NCBI RefSeq assembly: GCF_009914755.1
Contig: NC_060935.1
Length of the DNA stretch: 64,000 nucleotides
Source: the human T2T-CHM13v2.0 reference genome, Homo sapiens
Direction: 5' to 3' (one strand)
Positions 57,960-64,000 of this stretch are shown here, in pieces. Each line of letters opens with the position of its first letter. Position 1 is the stretch's first letter. The position numbers and the translations under genes are program-made. The notes below the pieces were generated by a model. That model was not told the DNA's origin and searched no databases. It saw only the letters and a list, made by a program, of their open reading frames with translations.

Positions 57960-58800
57960 AATAAAGCTATCCTTTTTCTAATTATAAAAGTAATGCACGC
58001 TCATAGTAGAAAATATGAAAATAGAATGAAGAAAAGTTACTTGTAATCCTGTCACTTCGAGATAACCATTTTATCATTCAGGTGCTATTTCCAGCTTGCC
58101 GTTTATTTATTTACTTACTTGTATGTATACACAGACAGTTGTAAATATTCTCATTAGCCTGCTTTTTCATGGATTGTATTGTGAGCCTTTTCTCATGTCA
58201 TTGACATTTCTTCATAAACAGTTACTTGTTAGCATAATTAAGATACCATTATCTTAATGTTTTAGAAGTCATGTATAACTATTTTGCTATCGTGGATATT
58301 ACTTTCTAAATTTTTGCTATTTTAAATAACGCTTAATATCTAATGTTAGTGATAGATGTCCATTTTCATAACTGTTTGTACTCATGACCATTGTGATAGA
58401 TTCCTAGAAATAGAATTATTATATCAAAGGGCATGAATATTTTGGGTTTTTTAAGATGTATGTACATACATGTATATATACACATATACATATATATGTT
58501 GTGAATATTCTAAGCATATATATGTTGTGTATGTATACGTGTGTGTGTGTCTGTTGGTTTCAGGATTGTTTGTGCAAATTTACACTCCCACCAGCAAAAT
58601 ATAAAACTGTTTTACCATGCCTTTTCTTGCATGAAATATGATTAATAGAAAAGAAATGAGCAATTTTGATAAGTAAAAGTGAATTTTATTGTTTTAACTT
58701 TGATTTGATTACTAGTAAGACTGAAATTCCTTTTGTGTATTTATTAGCTTTTTGTACTTCCTCTCTTCTGGGAATCATCACTTCGTGTTTTTGACTCTTT
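57960..58800 (-). mobile_element. L1ME-like 3' fragment with (TA/TG)n simple repeat
   Basis: gattcctagaaatagaatt...caaagggcatgaatatt...aatttacactcccaccagca. Confidence 0.7.
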
Positions 58801-59446
58801 TTTTATTAGGGAGAGATTGGGGAATATGCATTTGATTTTAGAATATTCAGTTCAATAGTAGAATGCTCCCTGGGAGTATATGGTTTAATTAAACAATCAT
58901 AACTTGTCTGTTGTCAGCAGTAGCATAAAGAACTGATGTCGGGAGAAAGGTCTGTTCAGCTCAACACAGTTAATTTAATTTAGCTGTATTCATATCGATT
59001 GTTTGTTGTTAGCTCAGCACTACTGCCCTCATATTTTTCAGGTCTCTAGATCCAGAAATGGGTTTTTTTATTTTGTAATAAGCAAACAAAAAAACCCAAA
59101 AACTAAGGTTTACAATTCATGGGATTTACAGTAGTAGACTATGTATGCTTTATTTTTTTTGACCCAATAATTTCTACACTATTTCATATATATGGTAGTT
59201 TTAGAATTGCCTCATTTTTCTTCTACTTTAAAAAGCACACACTTTGGTAGAAAATGACCATATTGAACATGCTTGGTCACTTGACCAAAAGCATTCTAAT
59301 GCCTCCTTTTACCCTTCCTATTAATACAGCCTTGTGATTAATCTTATGAGAGAAAGCTTGTCCCCATGCCTTGGCTATGCTGCCCCTTATTTATCAGCTA
59401 AAGGGAACTGCTATTTTTGAATATTTCTTCTTTCTGTCTCACTTGA

Positions 59447-59632
<186 letters not shown>

Positions 59633-60534
59633 TGAGCCTAGGAAGTTCTTGTAACTATAAATTAAATATAGGACTAGATAAACTTTAAGCTCTATTTTAG
59701 TTTAAGGTTCTATGATTGATGCGGTCACATTGGGAAATTGAAGCTAGGCTTTGACAATTTAAACATATTTTCTTTTTTTATACAGTTTCTTTAGTTGCAG
59801 TTTTTAACCTTCAGTATCAGAATAAAGGCTATGATGATCAGTCTATAAATCAAAAAATTATATTCTCAAAGCTGATATGGGTTCTAGTTCTTTTAGTTAA
59901 AGGATGTAGTTTAAATTTTTCTTAAGGTAGCTGGTTTTTTTTTTTAATAGATGTTGAGAAAATAGTACACCTCATACAGTTATGTAACTGTAGCTGTCCT
60001 AAACACAACGAATTTAATTGCTTTTAAATATCAATTACCAGTTTTTAAAAGTACCTTTCCCATAACATATTAAAAGCTGAGAATACACAAAGATCCTATG
60101 GGAGGCTTTTGTATCTGTAAAAGATGCCTGTTTATTCCTGAAATTTAGACATTGCTCAAATAAGATCCCTAGATATGTAGAGAAGGTACACTTCTTTATA
60201 TGAGTAGAATCATCTTGGTCTTTTTTGCTTCTAGATTAGAATTTTGTGTGTTAAAATGGGCAATGCCAGGTTCCCTAGCAATCTGCCTAGAAAGCCAAAT
60301 TCCTAGGTGAGCTTATGCTGGAAGCATGGTACAGCATTATCCATTGATTCCTTATGCTATTAATTGATAAGAGAAGCCAGATTAAACCAAAGTGAATAGG
60401 GAATAGGAAAAATCACTATCTGTGCTCACCAAACTTGCCCCAGTTCACACCCTGTCCCCCAGCTCTCTAAATAACTCAGTGAACAGCTGACCACAAAAAA
60501 AATTAAATAACATAAATTGTGAGAGTTGTTTTAA

Positions 60535-60883
<349 letters not shown>

Positions 60884-61480
60884 CCAAATTTGCTTTTTAA
60901 CATGCTTCAACATGTTTTTAGCTGTGGCTGCTTACTCTGGACAGTAATGCCCAGTGTCTCTATGCTTCTTAGCCTAGACTTAGTTATCTAGCTTTCTTTC
61001 CCTTCCATCTCTTCACTGTTTATTTATCTTCACTAGGTTGGGATAGCAGCTTCCCCTGAGTTTGCTAGGGAGATCGCTAGTTAAGGTTTGAGAGTGTAGT
61101 GGGGAGTCAGGGAAAAAGATTCAGAGTATGAGGGACGATTCAATTTTTTTCTTGACTCAAGGGAATTGCAAAATAGCTTGGCATCCTCAAGAGCATGGTG
61201 CTGCTCATAGCATTTGCCATTAGCTGGAAAGAGGAGAAAGAGCGCCTGTTGGAACTAAGGTTACGGTGAAAGTTATGGGAAGCTGTATTTCATCGCCCTT
61301 ATGGCTACAAGAACAAATGGTGTTTATACAAGGACCTTGGCAGTGAGAAAACAGTCATTAAACAGGAATTAAGGAGCTTGTCATCACCACTTCTTTCCAG
61401 TTACAGAAGGCAAAAGCCCTCCAAGCCTTTTTTATTGGGCCCTTGTGAGTTCTGCCGTTGGCTGAGCCAGACAGAGTTGA

Positions 61481-61714
<234 letters not shown>

Positions 61715-62736
61715 TAAGTGAGCCTCCAACCAAAAGTGCGCCTTAGCCTCTGATCTCTATTTCCTGCCTTAGGCCTGTTTATGGGGCTTTGTTGGAGATA
61801 TAAGGACAGCAGCTGGTAGCCATAGTCACCTCCATGTGCACTGTGGGAATTGGGTTAGTTCAAGCCCAGGTCACCCAAAGAATTAATTTGGAATGCTACT
61901 CACTCAATTTGTAATGGCTGGAAGGGTCTTAAAAATATAGTGGGCCTTAAGCTCCAGAAGCCAAATTCTCCATGTGGACTAAGCAGTTAACCATCTACAG
62001 TCATTGAGTGGAAGCTAGTTAATTCCAAGGAAATACTGGATTATTTTTCAGGGTAATAGCTCCACGTTATAGTAAAAGCTTGATTAGAAAGAATTAAACC
62101 AAACCCACCAGAGACAAATTACCTTTGCTGACACTATGGAAATGCCTGCCAAGAACAGGATCGAAAGCAAAGCCCTCATATTACAGACAGAGGGGCAAGA
62201 CAGCTCTGAAATACTCTCTTTATTTCGATTCAAGTCAGTTTCTCAACAAGCACACCTTTGTGTGGAATGTAATCCTAGGCCTTGTAGGTAAGAATTAAAA
62301 GAGTGGGAGATGTATGTCTTCCGTTAAGACTATACTAGACCTAAGAGTTCTCACTTGTGCCCCAAAAGTCCCCAAGCTTTGAAGTGCCTGAATCAAGCCT
62401 AGTACTTTCAGAAGACAATTATTTATACAAGACAGCAAACTCTGACATCCCAGTAGTGCTTGTCAGGGGACCAAAATGCACTCAGATAAGGATATAGTAG
62501 CCTTTTAGAATGAAATATCTAGTTCAGATTTCACAGATCTCATATGCCTCTGCTTGCAGAATTCATTTCTGAAATCTGTCAGCTATATTAGAATTCTTCA
62601 AGCCTAGAGAATTTTTGTGTGTGTGTGCAGAAAGTTGTTTCAGTTGGCCTGGCTTCTATAATGTTTTACTCTCTAAATAACTTCTTTATCTTTTTCATGT
62701 ATAAACATTACCCAGATGACATGACCTTTACCAGCT

Positions 62737-62792
62737 GTTGATGTGAAATAATATATTATCACTGGTTGATGTGAAATAATATATTATCACTG
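62737..62792. repeat. Perfect 28-bp tandem duplication
   Basis: gttgatgtgaaataatatattatcactg x2. Confidence 0.97.
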
Positions 62793-63088
62793 GTATCATA
62801 AGTATTTCACAGTTAAGGGTAGTGACATACACTGTCGTAGCTCCTTTGGAAGAGACCCCAATTGAACTTCTATTGGAGTACAAGAAATTGTTATTTAAAC
62901 CTACCCCATTGTCTGTGGTTGGGGAAAATTCATAACAGTAAGCTAAGTGGTCATTAATAGGGCTGAGTTAAAATGGTGTATCGGATATATGGTCCAGGAA
63001 AGGAAGTATAGGAAGAAAAGTTGACCTGATGGTGGCCTTGAAGTTCATGCTGAGGCTAAACAACTCCTCTAGCACTACTGAGATCTTA

Positions 63089-63442
<354 letters not shown>

Positions 63443-63539
63443 TGCAGTAGGGAGATTTAATTTAGATATAATTATTATTAAACACTGGAGTGAGTAACTA
63501 AGGGAGATATGGAGGCTTCCTCTTTGGAAGATCTTTTTT

Positions 63540-63805
63540 ATTATTATTATTAAGAGAAAGGATCTTGCTCTGTTGTGTGGTGATACAATCATGGCTCACT
63601 ACAACCTTGAACTCCTAGGCTCAAGTGGTCCTCTCATCTCAGCCACCTGAGTAGCTGGGACTACAGGTGCGTGCCACCACGCTAACTAGTTCTTAAATTT
63701 TTTGTAGAGACAGAGTCTCAACATGTTACTCAGCCTGGTCTTGAACTCCTGGCCTCAAGGTATCCTCTCGCCTGGGGCTCCCAAAGTGCTGGGATTATAG
63801 GCATG
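63540..63805 (-). mobile_element. AluJ
   Basis: atcatggctcactacaaccttgaactcctaggctcaagtggtcctc...cccaaagtgctgggattataggcatga. Confidence 0.88.
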
Positions 63806-64000
63806 ATAGGATATGTTATGATATGTAGGATGTATAGTTAGGAGGAGATGCTGATGGAGGGATTGGAGCGAACTGTTGGACTTTTAACAGTGTCAAGGAC
63901 CTTAACAGTGTTACATGTATATGTAACAATGCAATTTGTGATGAGCGCCCTGAGAGAGGCTCAAAGGGCTGTAACTGATCAGGTGAAAGAGAAGTAACTT

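Noticed and set aside
58910-59030. Possible pre-miRNA hairpin around acagttaatttaatttagctgt
   Set aside because: Only an 8-bp stem with a wobble pair; the flanks do not pair symmetrically.

Overview
Human genomic DNA (an AluYb8, a human-specific subfamily, is present). It lies entirely inside EXT2 (exostosin-2, heparan sulfate co-polymerase, 11p11.2) on the + strand. Five coding exons are present (conventional exons 9-13: 23183-23372, 32147-32313, 57688-57831, 59450-59578, 61631-61713). All have GT-AG junctions and splice in frame into most of the C-terminal GT64 GlcNAc-transferase domain, including the DDD and NCEDI motifs. The rest is intron, rich in Alu, L1/HAL1, L2, MIR, MaLR/ERVL LTRs, hAT MITEs and a tRNA-Ile-headed MamSINE1-like element. 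Nearly all other ORFs in the track are spurious. I see no clear new gene or system. The best leads are: a complex local duplication that quadruples a Pbx/Hox-type motif (5091-5370), a recursive-splice-like site in intron 10 (50972/50973), several poison pseudo-exon candidates, an exon 13 junction that regenerates a 5' splice site, an Alu layout favouring a stop-free 357-nt circRNA of exons 9-10, and a template-switch palindrome inside an AluY. Repeat families and boundaries are by-eye calls from remembered consensus sequences, not RepeatMasker output.
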